From: Myxococcota bacterium
Lineage (GTDB): Bacteria; Myxococcota_A; UBA9160; UBA6930
DNA: 64,000 nucleotides
Assembly (NCBI GenBank): GCA_965223705.1
Contig: OZ245015.1
Location: 1,152,001 to 1,216,000, forward strand
Direction: 5' to 3'
Shown: positions 50,736 to 62,300 of the stretch, in pieces
How positions within the stretch are numbered: position 1 is the stretch's first letter
Layout: every line of letters starts with the position of its first letter
Position numbers and translations under genes: made by a program
Notes under the pieces: model-generated
The model's database searches: none
Seen by the model: only the letters and a program-made list of their open reading frames with translations
What the model was told of the DNA's origin: nothing

Positions 50736-52866
50736 CGAGTCGATCCAGCAGCAAGCGCCGGAGGCCACGCGCGACGCGCACGGCCAGAGCCTCACGCCCG
50801 TGGTCGAACAAGACGTATACCCGGCTGCCGATCTCCGCGTGAGCGGGCGAGATGGCGAGAACCAGGTCGAGCTGAAAAACGCGGTCGAGCGTTTGCAGCG
50901 CGTCGGGATCATCGGGGTCGACGGGGAAACGGCCGCCGCCCTCGCTTCCCAGCGCGCGCGTCGGCAACCGGTAGGACGCGGCGGGGACTTCGCGCTTGAG
51001 CGCCGCATCGTACGTCTCGGAAAGATCTGTCGCGAACCGCACGCGAATGCGATCCGCGCGCTCCCGGACCATCGCGATTTCGTCCTGAGACACGACCACG
51101 CGAACGGTGGGCGTATTTTCGTCGGTGACGAACCCGATGACATCGCCCTTACGCAACAAGCGCCCGGATAGATCGCGACTTCCCGGGAGGACGAGGTTGC
51201 CCGATTCGGGGCTCTTCACACTGAGCGACGCGACGTCTTTTTCGACCCGTCGCAGCTTCTCTTCAGCGGCTTCGATTTCATCGTCGATCTGGCGAACCCG
51301 AAGCGGGTCGGACTGCAAGGCGGCTGAGCGCTCGGCGTGGAGCACGCGGAGCTCGGCTTGCGCGACCGTGAGTCGCGCCGTCAAGAGCGGATCCTCGGTC
51401 TCGATCACGGTTTCAAACTTCTCGACCTTGGAGCCGTCGAGCCTCTGGAAGAACCGGACGAAGCCGTCCGTATTCACGCGAATCTCCCGCCCCGGCGGCG
51501 CCCAGACAACTCCTTCGGCGCGCGTCATGTTCGGCACCGGGAACACGCACACCAAGGTGATGAGGCCGCCGGCCACGGCGGCCGCAGTCGTGACGGCGCG
51601 CGTCCGGCGATGCATGAGTTCGGGGCTTGTCGCGAGATATCGGACCACGCGAGCCGCGGGGAGGCCGAATTGTTGGACACCGAAGTAGAGGACGAGCAGG
51701 ACGCCGGCCGTGACCCACACCTCGCCGACGATGATCGCGATCGCCGTCAGGATCGAGATTCGGTAGAGGAAGGACAACAGACCGTAGGCCGCGAGCCAGC
51801 CTTCCTCGTCGGGTGCGTCCGCCGGGCTCTCGCTCTCGCGAAGTTGGAGGATCCAACGCTTCGCCAAGTAGACCCAGTACCGGCTCGAGCGCTGTCCGAG
51901 GTTCGGAATGCCGATGAGATCGGTGAGGACGTAGTAGCCGTCGTAACGCAGGAGTGGATTCGCATTGAACACGACGGTCGAAGCCGCACCGAGCCAAACG
52001 AGCTGCCAAGCAAAGGTCCGGAGACCGCCCGGCTCGAGCGAAAGCCAGAGAAACAGAGCGGCGGAAGAGATGAGGACTTCGACGGCAATACCGGCGGCGG
52101 CAACGGCGACGCGTTTTCGCCGACTCGGAAACACGGCCGACGCCGACGCGTCGACGTACGGCATCGGGAACAGGGCGAGGAGCATCACACCCGCTTCGTG
52201 GACCGCACCACCGAAATAGCGTGCGACCAACCCGTGACCGAGCTCGTGGAAGAGCTTGAGCAGGAGATACGCCAGCACCAGGGCGGGGAGGTTTTCCGCC
52301 GCCAAAATGCGCTCGCTCGTCGCGTGGGTGAGATCCTGCCAGTGCATCATGGCGGCGACGGCCGCGAACGCGATCAGTGCGGCGGCAGCCAACATCGGTA
52401 GCGGACGACACACGACGCGCGCGATGGGCAACAGGCGAACGAGTAGGGCGTCGGGATCCACGAGCGGAATCCGGATCGCCAACGGGTTCGTGCGTTCCTT
52501 CCGACGTTTCGTCCTCTGCTTCTGGAATCGCTCACTGAGCTCGTCCCCTGCGTGGGTCTCCGCGCGACGCAGGAGTTCCGCGCCGTCGAGCCGCGCGAGA
52601 AGGTCGATCGTCTGATCTTGCGTCGGAGTGCGATCCCCGAGCTCGGCTTCTGCCTCGCGGTAGATCTCGTCGAGCGTCCGGCGACCGTCAAAGCACCGAA
52701 TGATGGGATGGGCTTCCGCCGGGTAGCGGTGATGTCGGCCGCTTAGCGTGTCTTCGAGGACATACCAGTCTCGGCCCCGCACGGGTTGGCGAATACTCCG
52801 TACGTGACTTCGGAGCTCTGGGCGCAGGTTGGCCACCCGGTACCAATCCGCGGAGTGTTGTTTCAC
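50728..52866 (-). CDS. M50 (site-2-protease-like) membrane metallopeptidase fused to HlyD-type domain
   Basis: PqqD-like N-terminus, FHELGH, FNANPLLRYDGYY, TM helices, then MFP coiled coil and beta-barrel; start GTG 52866 or TTG 52872. Confidence 0.88.
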   Translation of the reverse strand: MKQHSADWYRVANLRPELRSHVRSIRQPVRGRDWYVLEDTLSGRHHRYPAEAHPIIRCFDGRRTLDEIYREAEAELGDRTPTQDQTIDLLARLDGAELLRRAETHAGDELSERFQKQRTKRRKERTNPLAIRIPLVDPDALLVRLLPIARVVCRPLPMLAAAALIAFAAVAAMMHWQDLTHATSERILAAENLPALVLAYLLLKLFHELGHGLVARYFGGAVHEAGVMLLALFPMPYVDASASAVFPSRRKRVAVAAAGIAVEVLISSAALFLWLSLEPGGLRTFAWQLVWLGAASTVVFNANPLLRYDGYYVLTDLIGIPNLGQRSSRYWVYLAKRWILQLRESESPADAPDEEGWLAAYGLLSFLYRISILTAIAIIVGEVWVTAGVLLVLYFGVQQFGLPAARVVRYLATSPELMHRRTRAVTTAAAVAGGLITLVCVFPVPNMTRAEGVVWAPPGREIRVNTDGFVRFFQRLDGSKVEKFETVIETEDPLLTARLTVAQAELRVLHAERSAALQSDPLRVRQIDDEIEAAEEKLRRVEKDVASLSVKSPESGNLVLPGSRDLSGRLLRKGDVIGFVTDENTPTVRVVVSQDEIAMVRERADRIRVRFATDLSETYDAALKREVPAASYRLPTRALGSEGGGRFPVDPDDPDALQTLDRVFQLDLVLAISPAHAEIGSRVYVLFDHGREALAVRVARGLRRLLLDRLGV

Positions 52867-54650
52867 AGCCAAAAGCCCCAGGTCGCCAGGCGGAACCAGT
52901 CCGCCGCGCGATGCGAGGCGACCCAGTACAAGGAGCGGCGCCCGATCTCAATTTTCGCGAGGCCTTCCATTCCCGGCCGAAGTCCGAGCGTATCGTCGGC
53001 GAGGCCGGCTTCGACCCGGAAAAAGTTCCGGCCTTCTTCGGCCGAGGCCATCGGTGTCACCCGTTCGATGCGGAACGGGTGTTGTTGATGGGGCAGGGCC
53101 GTCAGGGCCAGTCGGCCCGTCTGCCCGATGGCGACGTGCGCGACGTCTCGCTCGTCGACTTCGAGCGTGACCCGATAGGAATCCAAGGGGGCGATTTCGA
53201 AGAGGACTTCGCCTCGCTCCACCGGCGCTCCGAGTGAACGACTGAGGTCGCCCTTGACGATCACCCCGTGAAAAGGGGCGACGAGGCGACTGCGTTCGAT
53301 CTGCACTTCGAGCGCCGCGAGTTCCGCGTCGGCTTGCGCCAGGCGAGCGGCCAGGATTTTCGCTTCCGCGTATTCGCGGCGCGCCCGGGCTTGGCGCTGC
53401 TCCTTTCGGGTTTGCGCGCGGCGCGTCTCCCACTGGACTTTTTCGAGCTCGAGTTCCGTCGCATCGAGCGCCGCGATCAATTCGCCTTCCTCGACGACAT
53501 CGCCGGCTCGGGCCCGGGCCTCGCCGATGTAGCCGTCGCTCGCCGCAACGACCGCTCGTTGAACGGTGCCTTCAAGAACGGCGTCGGCGGATACGCGATG
53601 AGGAACGGGAAGGAACGCGAGGAGGAAGAAGAGGAGGGCGCCAACGGCTGTGGCCTTGCCGACGAAGCGGTTCGGTCCGAGCCAATCTCTGAGTTTCTCC
53701 GTCGCGCGCGCTCTCAGGATGCGCAGAGCCGGTTGCGATTCGCGCTGTCGCGTGGCGAGGACTGGTCCGATCATGGTCGCTGCCGCGTCGCAGAGAGCCT
53801 CCGTCTGCGCGGTGAAGGCCGAGTCTTCGGCCGTCTCGACGAGAACGACGCCACTCGGCACCGCCGTCGAGCGTTCGGAATCCGAACCGCCGAAGGGAAA
53901 CGTCGCTACCACACCGCCGGCGTGCTCTTTCTGGAGAGACGCGTGAGCTGGGAACGTTCCCGCCTCGGCCTCTTCTCCCGGATATCGGATCGGCTCTCCC
54001 TCCGACAGGGTTTCTTCCATCGCTTGCTCGATCGCCGATGCGAGGTCGCTGCTGCGATCGAATTCCGCCGCGTGGGAAATTGCGTGGAGCTCGATTCGCG
54101 TACCCAGCCGAAAGCCGAGGCTCACGCGCGTCAGTCCACCGCGACCGGCGAGCTCCGTGACGAATCGGACGAGAGACGGCTTGAGCTCAGGCGTGTCCGT
54201 CGTCATCGCGAGCAACTCGAGCACGTCTTTCGCCGTCGATGCGCCTTCGCTACTGCCGGTCCGCAAGGTTTCGAGCCACACGGCTCCGCACAAGAGATGC
54301 TGGATCACGGCTTGTTGTGTCGCCGCCGGACGGTGTGGCATGTCGACGACGAGCCCGCCGCGGGTTTGCCCGCTGCTGTGGAGCGGGACGGCCAGCGTGT
54401 CGAAGATCTTGTCGTCGCGCTTGCGCGTCTGGGGATGGAGAGCGGGCTTACCGCTTCCCGCGACCCGCCGCGCTTCGGCGACGCGAGCGGGTTCGGGTTT
54501 TCCGACGCCCTCCGGCCACGCGATCACGTGGCCCCCCGGTGACGGATCGAGGACGGCGACGGCGCGATCTGCGCCCGGCGTCATCGAGCACAACACATGA
54601 AGCCAGCGCGCGGCGAGCGCCTCGGGAGGGCTCGGCACGGAAGCGTTCAA
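52863..54650 (-). CDS. GAF-like domain plus HlyD-family adaptor
   Basis: N-terminal GAF-like region (AMEE), TM, DGYIG...GDVV, APFHGVIV.GDL and LRPGMEG motifs. Confidence 0.85.
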   Translation of the reverse strand: MNASVPSPPEALAARWLHVLCSMTPGADRAVAVLDPSPGGHVIAWPEGVGKPEPARVAEARRVAGSGKPALHPQTRKRDDKIFDTLAVPLHSSGQTRGGLVVDMPHRPAATQQAVIQHLLCGAVWLETLRTGSSEGASTAKDVLELLAMTTDTPELKPSLVRFVTELAGRGGLTRVSLGFRLGTRIELHAISHAAEFDRSSDLASAIEQAMEETLSEGEPIRYPGEEAEAGTFPAHASLQKEHAGGVVATFPFGGSDSERSTAVPSGVVLVETAEDSAFTAQTEALCDAAATMIGPVLATRQRESQPALRILRARATEKLRDWLGPNRFVGKATAVGALLFFLLAFLPVPHRVSADAVLEGTVQRAVVAASDGYIGEARARAGDVVEEGELIAALDATELELEKVQWETRRAQTRKEQRQARARREYAEAKILAARLAQADAELAALEVQIERSRLVAPFHGVIVKGDLSRSLGAPVERGEVLFEIAPLDSYRVTLEVDERDVAHVAIGQTGRLALTALPHQQHPFRIERVTPMASAEEGRNFFRVEAGLADDTLGLRPGMEGLAKIEIGRRSLYWVASHRAADWFRLATWGFWL

Positions 54651-56461
54651 CGCGCTTTATTCTTCTGACGAAGAAGTTCGTTCCAGCGCTCGGCGGGCAT
54701 CGGTGGACTGAAATAGAAGCCCTGCACGTGATCACACCCGGATTCCACCATGAAGTCGAGCTGGTCGCTGCGCTCGACTCCTTCGGCGACGACCGACAGG
54801 CCCATCCCGTGCGCCAACGCGATGATCGATCGAACGATCGAGACGTCGTCGCCGTCATCGGGGACGCCTTTGACGAAGGAGTGATCGATCTTGAGTTCGC
54901 TGATCGGAAAGCGTTTGAGATAGGCGAGTGAGGAGTAGCCCGTTCCAAAATCATCGATGGAGATTCGTACACCCATCTTGCGGAACTGACCGAGCGTGAG
55001 TGCAGCATGCTCCGGATTCCCCATCAGAATGCTCTCGGTGAGTTCGAGGGTGAGTCGTTCGGGTTCGAGTTGTGTCTCCTCGAGCGCCGTTGCGAGTACG
55101 TGCCGGAGATCGCCGTACTGGAACTGCTCGGCCGAGACATTGACGGCCACACTGAGCGGGAAGTCCGTAAATGCGCCCCAGGACTTTGCCTGTCGACAAG
55201 CTTCGCGGATCGCCCAGCTCCCGAGGCTCCGAATCGTTCCGGTTTCCTCTGCCAACGGAATAAAGCGGGCCGGTGAGAGCTCGCCCAACTTCGGATGAAC
55301 CCACCGCATGAGCGCTTCCGCCCCGATGACTTTCTTCGTGCGGAGATCGATCTTGGGCTGGTAGTGAAGGCGGATCTCGTTCCGATCGAGAGCGCCCCGT
55401 AGCAGGTTCTCGAGCTGCAGTCGCTCCGCCGACTCGGCGTTCTGGCGCGCATTGTAGAACTCGTAGCCGCCGCCACTCGATGAGCCGGCGTGGGTCATGG
55501 CGATCTCGGCGTGGCTCAAGAGTTCCCCGGCTTCGCCGCTGTCGTCCGGGTAGAACGCGATCCCCACGGTGCAGCCGAGGTGAAGGGATTGGCGATCGAG
55601 CAAGAACGGCCGTTCGAAACTCGCAATGACGCGCTTTGCGATCCGGCGCGCATCCTCGCTAGAGCGAGCCCACGGGAGGAACATGGCGAACTCATCGCCG
55701 CCGACACGCGCGATGATGCCGTTGTCGCCGAGCGCGTCTCCGGGTCGTACGGATTCTTCCAAACGCGTCGTCGCGGACTTGAGCAAGAGATCGCCCGCAT
55801 CCCGTCCCAGGGCGTCGTTGATCTTCTGGAAGCGCTGCAAGTCGATATACAGGAGGGCGCAAGAAGCGCGATCGTGGTCGATCCGGCGCAGCGCGCGCTG
55901 CATCTGTTCGGTCAGGGAGAGCCGATTGGGAAGCCCGGTCAGCGGGTCGAAGTACCGCAGGCGGTCTTGGTAGGCCTTCGCGGCGAGCGTGTTGCGGAGG
56001 CGAAGGGCCAACTCACTGGGGTCGACGGGTTTTCCCAGAAAATCCGTGGCACCGAGTTCGAGCGCTTTCAGTTTCGTGTCCGCGTCAGTCGACGACGTCA
56101 GGATGATGATGTTCGAATACTGCAGGGCTTCGTCGTTGCGAACCGCTTGCAGAATCTCGAACCCACCCACGTGGGGCATGTTGAGATCGAGGAGCACGAC
56201 GTCGGGACGGACCCGCGCCAGGGTTTCGAGTGCGTTCCGGGAGTCGGTCTCGCGGACGAAATTGCGATAACCCGCGTCCTGCAGGGCCATTTCCAGGACA
56301 TCGATGGTCGTCTCCTCGTCGTCGACCATCATGACGGTGGCCGATTCGAGGAGGCTCTCTGAGGGACCGCGCAAATCCGGGGTTGTCGCCCGGTTGGCGT
56401 CGACACGTAGAACGGAGGCTTCGGCGAAGCCCGTGTTCTCGGTCTTGTCCTGATCAGACAT
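54647..56461 (-). CDS. Response regulator with REC, GGDEF and EAL domains
   Basis: MMVDDE/LLDLNMP/GKP; DPLTGLPN, RVGGDEF; AEALMRW, DDFGTGYSS and EGVE. Confidence 0.93.
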   Translation of the reverse strand: MSDQDKTENTGFAEASVLRVDANRATTPDLRGPSESLLESATVMMVDDEETTIDVLEMALQDAGYRNFVRETDSRNALETLARVRPDVVLLDLNMPHVGGFEILQAVRNDEALQYSNIIILTSSTDADTKLKALELGATDFLGKPVDPSELALRLRNTLAAKAYQDRLRYFDPLTGLPNRLSLTEQMQRALRRIDHDRASCALLYIDLQRFQKINDALGRDAGDLLLKSATTRLEESVRPGDALGDNGIIARVGGDEFAMFLPWARSSEDARRIAKRVIASFERPFLLDRQSLHLGCTVGIAFYPDDSGEAGELLSHAEIAMTHAGSSSGGGYEFYNARQNAESAERLQLENLLRGALDRNEIRLHYQPKIDLRTKKVIGAEALMRWVHPKLGELSPARFIPLAEETGTIRSLGSWAIREACRQAKSWGAFTDFPLSVAVNVSAEQFQYGDLRHVLATALEETQLEPERLTLELTESILMGNPEHAALTLGQFRKMGVRISIDDFGTGYSSLAYLKRFPISELKIDHSFVKGVPDDGDDVSIVRSIIALAHGMGLSVVAEGVERSDQLDFMVESGCDHVQGFYFSPPMPAERWNELLRQKNKAR

Positions 56462-56502
56462 GAAGCCACCGTTCGGGTGCGCAACGCACCCGCCCACCTG
56501 AC

Positions 56503-56530
56503 CCATCGGCCCACGGGAGCGCTCCCTTGA
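56503..56530 (-). promoter_or_regulatory. Possible sigma28 (FliA-type) promoter
   Basis: TCAAG-N15-GCCGATGG on the minus strand upstream of the regulator. Confidence 0.35.
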
Positions 56531-56559
56531 GCCTGTAACTAATTGTTTTCACGTAGGAT

Positions 56560-59325
56560 TTAGGAAAGCTTGCCGGCGACTTTCCGGATTTCGGAGAGAA
56601 GGCCTTCGATGCCCTCGGGCGAGCCTGACTTCGCTTCGGTCTCGAGCGCGGAGGCGGGCTCGACCAGTAGGTCATACCCCACGGTTCCGGACGCGCCCTT
56701 CAGCCAATGAGCAAAGCCGGCTACGGCGTCCGGGCTCGCGCCGTCGTAGGGGGTCGGGAGCTCTGCGAGCCTCGTCGTCAGGTTCTCGCGGAATTTCACG
56801 AGGACCTTCGCAAAGCGGTCATTGTCGGCAAACCGCGAGCGCAGGTCGCCGTTCTCGAGATCGAACGAAGCGGCGCTCCTCGAAGCTCCGACGGGCGCGA
56901 GTGCGATGCGGTTCGCCATATCGTGGAGCGTGTTGACGAGCGCTTCACATTCCGGCTCTTTCGACTGCAGAGCCGCTTGCTCCAGTTCGGCCGCCGGCTG
57001 TGTGAAGTCATCGAACCCTACGGTTCCGCCGGCGCCTTTCAGCCAATGGGCGAGCTGTGCGAGCTCTCCGAACGCACGCTTGGCAACGGCCGCGTCCATT
57101 TCGCCGAGCTTTTCGGACAAGCGGCCGGCGAACCGTTCGATCGTCGGCTTGAGCTTCGGGTTGTCCGCCAAACGCGAAACGATCGGAGCGGCGACACTCG
57201 GGCGGGGCGCGCTCGTCGGTGCGGGCGATCGATCCGCAGTCTCCGCGGTCGCTTGATGCCGCGTACCGTTGAGAAAGCCGCCGAGACATTCGAGCAGGGC
57301 AGCGATGTCGATGGGCTTCGTGAGGTAGGCGGTGCAACCCGCCTCGATGCATTCCCGCTCGAAACCCTTCATCGCGTTCGCCGTCAGGGCGACGATGGGT
57401 GTCTCCACACCGTGTTCTCGGATTTTTTGGGTCGCCGTGAAACCGTCCATCACGGGCATCTGCATGTCCATCAGAATGGCATCGAACGACTCGCGCTGCG
57501 CGGCCTCCAGCGCGGCCAGGCCGTGCTCCGCCTGCGCGACTTCGAGCCCGGCTTCCTCGAGGACGACCCGGACGAGCTCGCGGTTTTCATCCCCGTCGTC
57601 CACGACGAGGACCCGCGCGGACTCGAATCGCCAGGTCCATTCTTCGCGCTCGGTCTCAGCGCGAGCGGCTTCGTAAGCCTCCTGGGGCGACAAGAAGCGC
57701 TGTTCGCTCACTTCTCCGAGGAGGAGCGTCACCGTAAACGTGCTGCCGACACCCGCGCGACTGGTCGCTTTGATGTCGCCGCCCATGAGCCTCGCAAAGC
57801 GACGACTGATCGGGAGGCCGAGCCCCGTCCCGCCGAACTTCCGCGTGACGGAACTGTCGGCTTGCACGAAGGGATCGAAGATGGCTTCGAGCTTGTCTTC
57901 CGGAACGCCAATACCGCTGTCCTTCACATCGATGGCCAGGGTCTCGTCGTCGACGGCGCGCACCACGAGTTCGACCGCCCCTTCGTCGGTGAACTTGATC
58001 GCGTTGTTGACGAGGTTCGTGATGATCTGACGCAAGCGCGTCGGATCCGACTTCATGAGCGCCGGCGTGTCGCCCTCGGCGCGGACGCTCAAGGTGATGC
58101 CCTTCTCGCGGGCTTTCACGTCGAGTGTCGTCAATACGTCGTGGATCACCGCGTGAGGAGAGAACTCGAGCTCTTCGGTCTCGAGTCGGCCCGACTCGAT
58201 TTTGGAAAGATCGAGGAGGTCGTTGATGAGATCGAGCAAGTGCTGGCCGCTGGTGTGGATGGTCTCGAGATAGCGGTCGCGATCGGTCTCCTCGCGCACC
58301 AGTCCTTGTCGAAGGACGTCCGTAAAACCCAGGATGGCGTTCATCGGCGTTCGAATCTCGTGACTCATGTTGGCCAGGAAGTCGCTCTTCGCACGATTCG
58401 CGGCTTCGGCGTTGCCCTTCGCTTCTTCGAGCTCGGTGACGTCGTCGAGGCTGACCAGCACACCACCGAACTGGCCGCCGGCGCCCAGCACCGGTGAGCA
58501 GTTCGCGATGAACGTGCGTCGCGGTGTTCCCGGGATCTCCAAATGGAGAAGGTCGTTTCGCAGAGGCGCGCCGGCTTCGAGGGCGCGGTCCCACGGAAAC
58601 TGCCCCTCGGGCAGCTCTTCATCTTCTGCGCTCTTCCAGGGTAGTTTCGCCGCCGAGCGCCCAGTGAGCTTATCCGCGTCTTCGCGCGCGAAGGACGCAA
58701 ACGCTTGGTTCGCGAGGACAATCTGGCCGCGCAAGTCGACGACGAGGAGTCCCTCGGCGAGGGTGTCGAGCGCTGAGCGAACGTGGGTCGGCACGGCTTG
58801 CGAAGGGTCGAGTTGCTTCAGGGTCTTCCACAGGTAGACCCAGAATACGAAGAAAGAGACGACGGTCAGCAAGCCGATCAGCCGGAGTCGCGGCTCGTTG
58901 ACAGCGCCCCAGATCCCCGGGCTCGTGAGCGGCTCGAAGCGAAGCTCGACCTGTCCCCAACGGACGCCGGCGGAATACAGCGGAACGACCACTTGCGCGT
59001 CGCTTTTGACATGGGGGTCCCAAGCTTCGTGAGCACCGGTCTGCGTGACGAGCGAGCCGTCTGGCCGGCGAATTCCCGCAGAATGGAGGTCGTCATTGCG
59101 GCCGACGATGAATTCGAGTGTCGCCGTCAGGCGGCGGATGTCGTGGGTGCTCAAGAGCGCCGATCCGCTCGCAGCGATCGATTCCGCCAACATCGCGCGG
59201 CCGGAGCGTTCGGCGCCGATGCGGTCCGGAATCAAGCCAAGACCCGACGCCGCGAGGAGGAGCGTCGAGAGCAAGAAGCTCAGACCCACGGCGATATGGG
59301 TCTTTGCACCCAAGTTGATCTTCAC
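56560..59325 (-). CDS. Membrane hybrid histidine kinase (PAS-HisKA-HATPase-REC-Hpt-Hpt)
   Basis: [38 protein letters not shown] and two AHWLKG motifs. Confidence 0.93.
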   Translation of the reverse strand: MKINLGAKTHIAVGLSFLLSTLLLAASGLGLIPDRIGAERSGRAMLAESIAASGSALLSTHDIRRLTATLEFIVGRNDDLHSAGIRRPDGSLVTQTGAHEAWDPHVKSDAQVVVPLYSAGVRWGQVELRFEPLTSPGIWGAVNEPRLRLIGLLTVVSFFVFWVYLWKTLKQLDPSQAVPTHVRSALDTLAEGLLVVDLRGQIVLANQAFASFAREDADKLTGRSAAKLPWKSAEDEELPEGQFPWDRALEAGAPLRNDLLHLEIPGTPRRTFIANCSPVLGAGGQFGGVLVSLDDVTELEEAKGNAEAANRAKSDFLANMSHEIRTPMNAILGFTDVLRQGLVREETDRDRYLETIHTSGQHLLDLINDLLDLSKIESGRLETEELEFSPHAVIHDVLTTLDVKAREKGITLSVRAEGDTPALMKSDPTRLRQIITNLVNNAIKFTDEGAVELVVRAVDDETLAIDVKDSGIGVPEDKLEAIFDPFVQADSSVTRKFGGTGLGLPISRRFARLMGGDIKATSRAGVGSTFTVTLLLGEVSEQRFLSPQEAYEAARAETEREEWTWRFESARVLVVDDGDENRELVRVVLEEAGLEVAQAEHGLAALEAAQRESFDAILMDMQMPVMDGFTATQKIREHGVETPIVALTANAMKGFERECIEAGCTAYLTKPIDIAALLECLGGFLNGTRHQATAETADRSPAPTSAPRPSVAAPIVSRLADNPKLKPTIERFAGRLSEKLGEMDAAVAKRAFGELAQLAHWLKGAGGTVGFDDFTQPAAELEQAALQSKEPECEALVNTLHDMANRIALAPVGASRSAASFDLENGDLRSRFADNDRFAKVLVKFRENLTTRLAELPTPYDGASPDAVAGFAHWLKGASGTVGYDLLVEPASALETEAKSGSPEGIEGLLSEIRKVAGKLS

Positions 59326-59395
59326 AGATTGGACTACCCGGGGGTGGGACGTTCCTCTGCCCGTATCGGCAGCCGGCCAACCGAGCCGTAGAACG

Positions 59396-62300
59396 CTAGG
59401 ACGGTGCTCGCGTGGTGTCCGGGCGCTTCCGCTCTTCCGAATCCGCGCCTTCTTCGTCCTGCTCGGCTTCGAGGAGCTCCTCGAGGGATTCGCCGTCTTC
59501 GGTCATACCCCCGGCGAGGCTCGCCAGAATCGGCGTCGGGTCCATCAGCTGCCACGCCGGCATGGACGAGACGAGACTCGCGAGGAGCAAGCCACCGCGC
59601 GTGAGCCAGACGACGTAGCCCACCGAGAGGCCGGTCGTCACCGCGAACGCGGAACCGACCACGGTCTGCTCGATTTCCAGCGCGCCGGTGAATTGATCTC
59701 GGAGCGCGTCGAGTTCACCCAACAAGCTCTCCTGGGCATTCGCGAACAAGAGCTCACTGAGCGAGACCTCGGGAAGAACTTTTTCGATCAGTTTTTCGAC
59801 CAGTGCCCGCACCGCCGGGTGATCGACGTCGAGCGTGGCCGAGGCGTCCACCGTCGCGGCCGCCGCTTCGAACGTGAACGCCGTTGTGGTCGCCGCGTCG
59901 GATTCGTCGCGCTGAGCCTCTTCTAGAATGCCGCGACCCAGACGATCTTGGCCTGATTCCGTCGACGCGACCGGTCCGGCGACAGGCCCCGGGGCCTCGG
60001 CTGCGCTCTCTCCCGAGTCTTCGCCAGCGGCCTCCTCGCCGCCGCTCTCACCGACATCCGGCGTCGGAGCCGGCGCGGGCGGTGGGGTGGGGGTGTTGCC
60101 GACGAATGTACCGATGCGGGAGTACGCCCCACTGATAGCGGTGGTACCGCCGTGAATACTCGCGTCGCAATTCGTTCGGTTCTCGATTCCACCGTTCGTC
60201 GAGGAAAATCCCCCGCTGTAGGTGTTGTCGATGGCCCGCAACACGAGAGGCGGGGGCGTTCCGGCGAAACCCGGCTGCGGTACGAACCGCACGCGCGCGT
60301 TCGCATGGAGGACCAGCGCGGTCGCATCGTCGCCGACGCTACCGATGTCGGCCCAGTTCGTTCCGTCCGTCGAGTATTGCCAACTGCCGCCGCTCCAGGT
60401 GGCGCTCGGGTTTCCAACCACTGCAACACCCGCGAGGCTCGATCCGGCATCGACGTCGCCGATGGCGCCGCCGAGGAGCGCCGCAATCCGCTCGCCGAGG
60501 GGCTTCGCCTGACCGTTCGGAAGGGGAGCGAGCCCAACGCTCGCGGCGCCGGGTGCGTCGTTGACGGCGCTCGTCGAGACCGAGGCGACGTTGCCGGCCA
60601 CCGAGAAGGGCGTCTGACCGCCGCGTATCGACGCGTCCGCTAAGCCGCCGGCGACTCCTTGGGATTGATCCCAGCCGTGGAACGCCAAGTTACCGCCGCC
60701 GGCGTTCATGCCGTCGGGGCGGAAACGGACGAGGTCGGTAGCGCGCAGGAGTTTCGCCGCGCTGGTGGAAGTTCCGGCGAGCAGGTTCCAGTTCGCACCA
60801 CCGTCGGTGGAGTACTGCCAAAAACCGTTCATCGCATTGGTCGTCGTGACGGCAATGCCTTCGACCGACAGCACGTCCGGGTCGCTCAGCGAGCCGCCCA
60901 AGATCGACGCCACGGTGACGCCGCCGTTCGCGACGTCGTCCTCGGTGATCCCCGGGAGTGCAGGGGAAGCGTTGGCCAGCGTCGGCGCATCGTTGACGGA
61001 TGAGGTCACCACGGATGAGGTGGTGTCCGAATATGTCCCGCCCGACGAGTCCTGGACCCAGATCGTGAACTGCGTGGTTTCGCTCAAGCCGGGTTGCACG
61101 CGATTCGGGGTGGGCGTGAAGACGAGGCTTCGGATCGCGCCCTCGGCCGCGGCCGCTGTGCCCGTGAATTGGTAGACGCCGCCCCCGAGGTTGGAGAAGC
61201 CGCCGCCCGCCAGGGTGCCCTTCGCGCCGTTGTCGAGCCGGACTTCGACGACGAGATTCTCCGCGTCGAGGTCGCTGAACGTAACGGTTCCGAACGGCGC
61301 CATGGGAGTGTTGTCGGTCGCGGGTTGTCCCGCGGCGGTGCCGCCGATGACGGTCGCGTCGTTGATCGAAGTGGAGACCACCGTGGTGGTGTTGTCGATG
61401 ACCGGGCCGCTGCTGTCGGTCACGGCAATCGAGAAGGTCGTGGTCTCGGTGAGGCCCGGCGCGACGCGGTTTTCCGTCGGGTCGAAGACGAGTGCGCGGA
61501 TCGCAGTTTGGGCGGACGCGGCAGTTCCCGAGAACTGGTAGTGCCCGCCGCCCAAGTCCGTGAAGCCGCCTCCGCTGAGCGCGCCCTTCGTCGCGGTGTC
61601 GAGCTGGACGTCCACGGTCAGGATCTCGCCGTCGGGTTCGGCAATCGTGACACCCGAGAACGGGGCCAGTGTCGCGTTGTCGTTGACCGATTGACCGGAG
61701 ACAGCTCCTCCGATCGACGCCGGGTCGCCGACGGAGGTCGACACGACCGTCGTGGCGTTGTTCGAGACCGGTCCCGCGCCGTCCGTGACGGTGATCGTGA
61801 ATGTGGTCGTTTCGGTAAGGCCGGGCGCGACACGATTCTCGGTGGGATCGAAGGTCAGGTTGCGGATGGCGGCCTGCGCGGCAGCCGCCGAACCCGTGAA
61901 TCGGTAGCTACCACCGCCGAGGTCGGTGAAACCGGCGCCGGTGAGGACGCCTTTCGCGCCGTCATCGAGTTGAACGTCGACGACGAGGTTCTCGCCGTCG
62001 GGGTCGGCAATCGACGCTCGAAAACGGCGCGATCGTCGCGTTGTCGTTGACGGGCGTTGGCCACCGTGCCACCGATCGGTCGCGTCGTTGATCGAGGTCG
62101 ATACGACCGTCGTGGCGTTGTTCGAGACCGAACCCACGCCGTCCGCCACGGTGATGGTAAATCCGGTGGTCTCGGTGAGCCCCGGTGCGACTCGATTCTC
62201 CGTCGGGTCGAAAACGAGCGCGCGAATCGCGGTCTGCGCTGCGGCCGCTGTGCCCGTGAACTGGTAGAGCCCGCCGCCGAGATCGGTGAAACCGCCGCCG

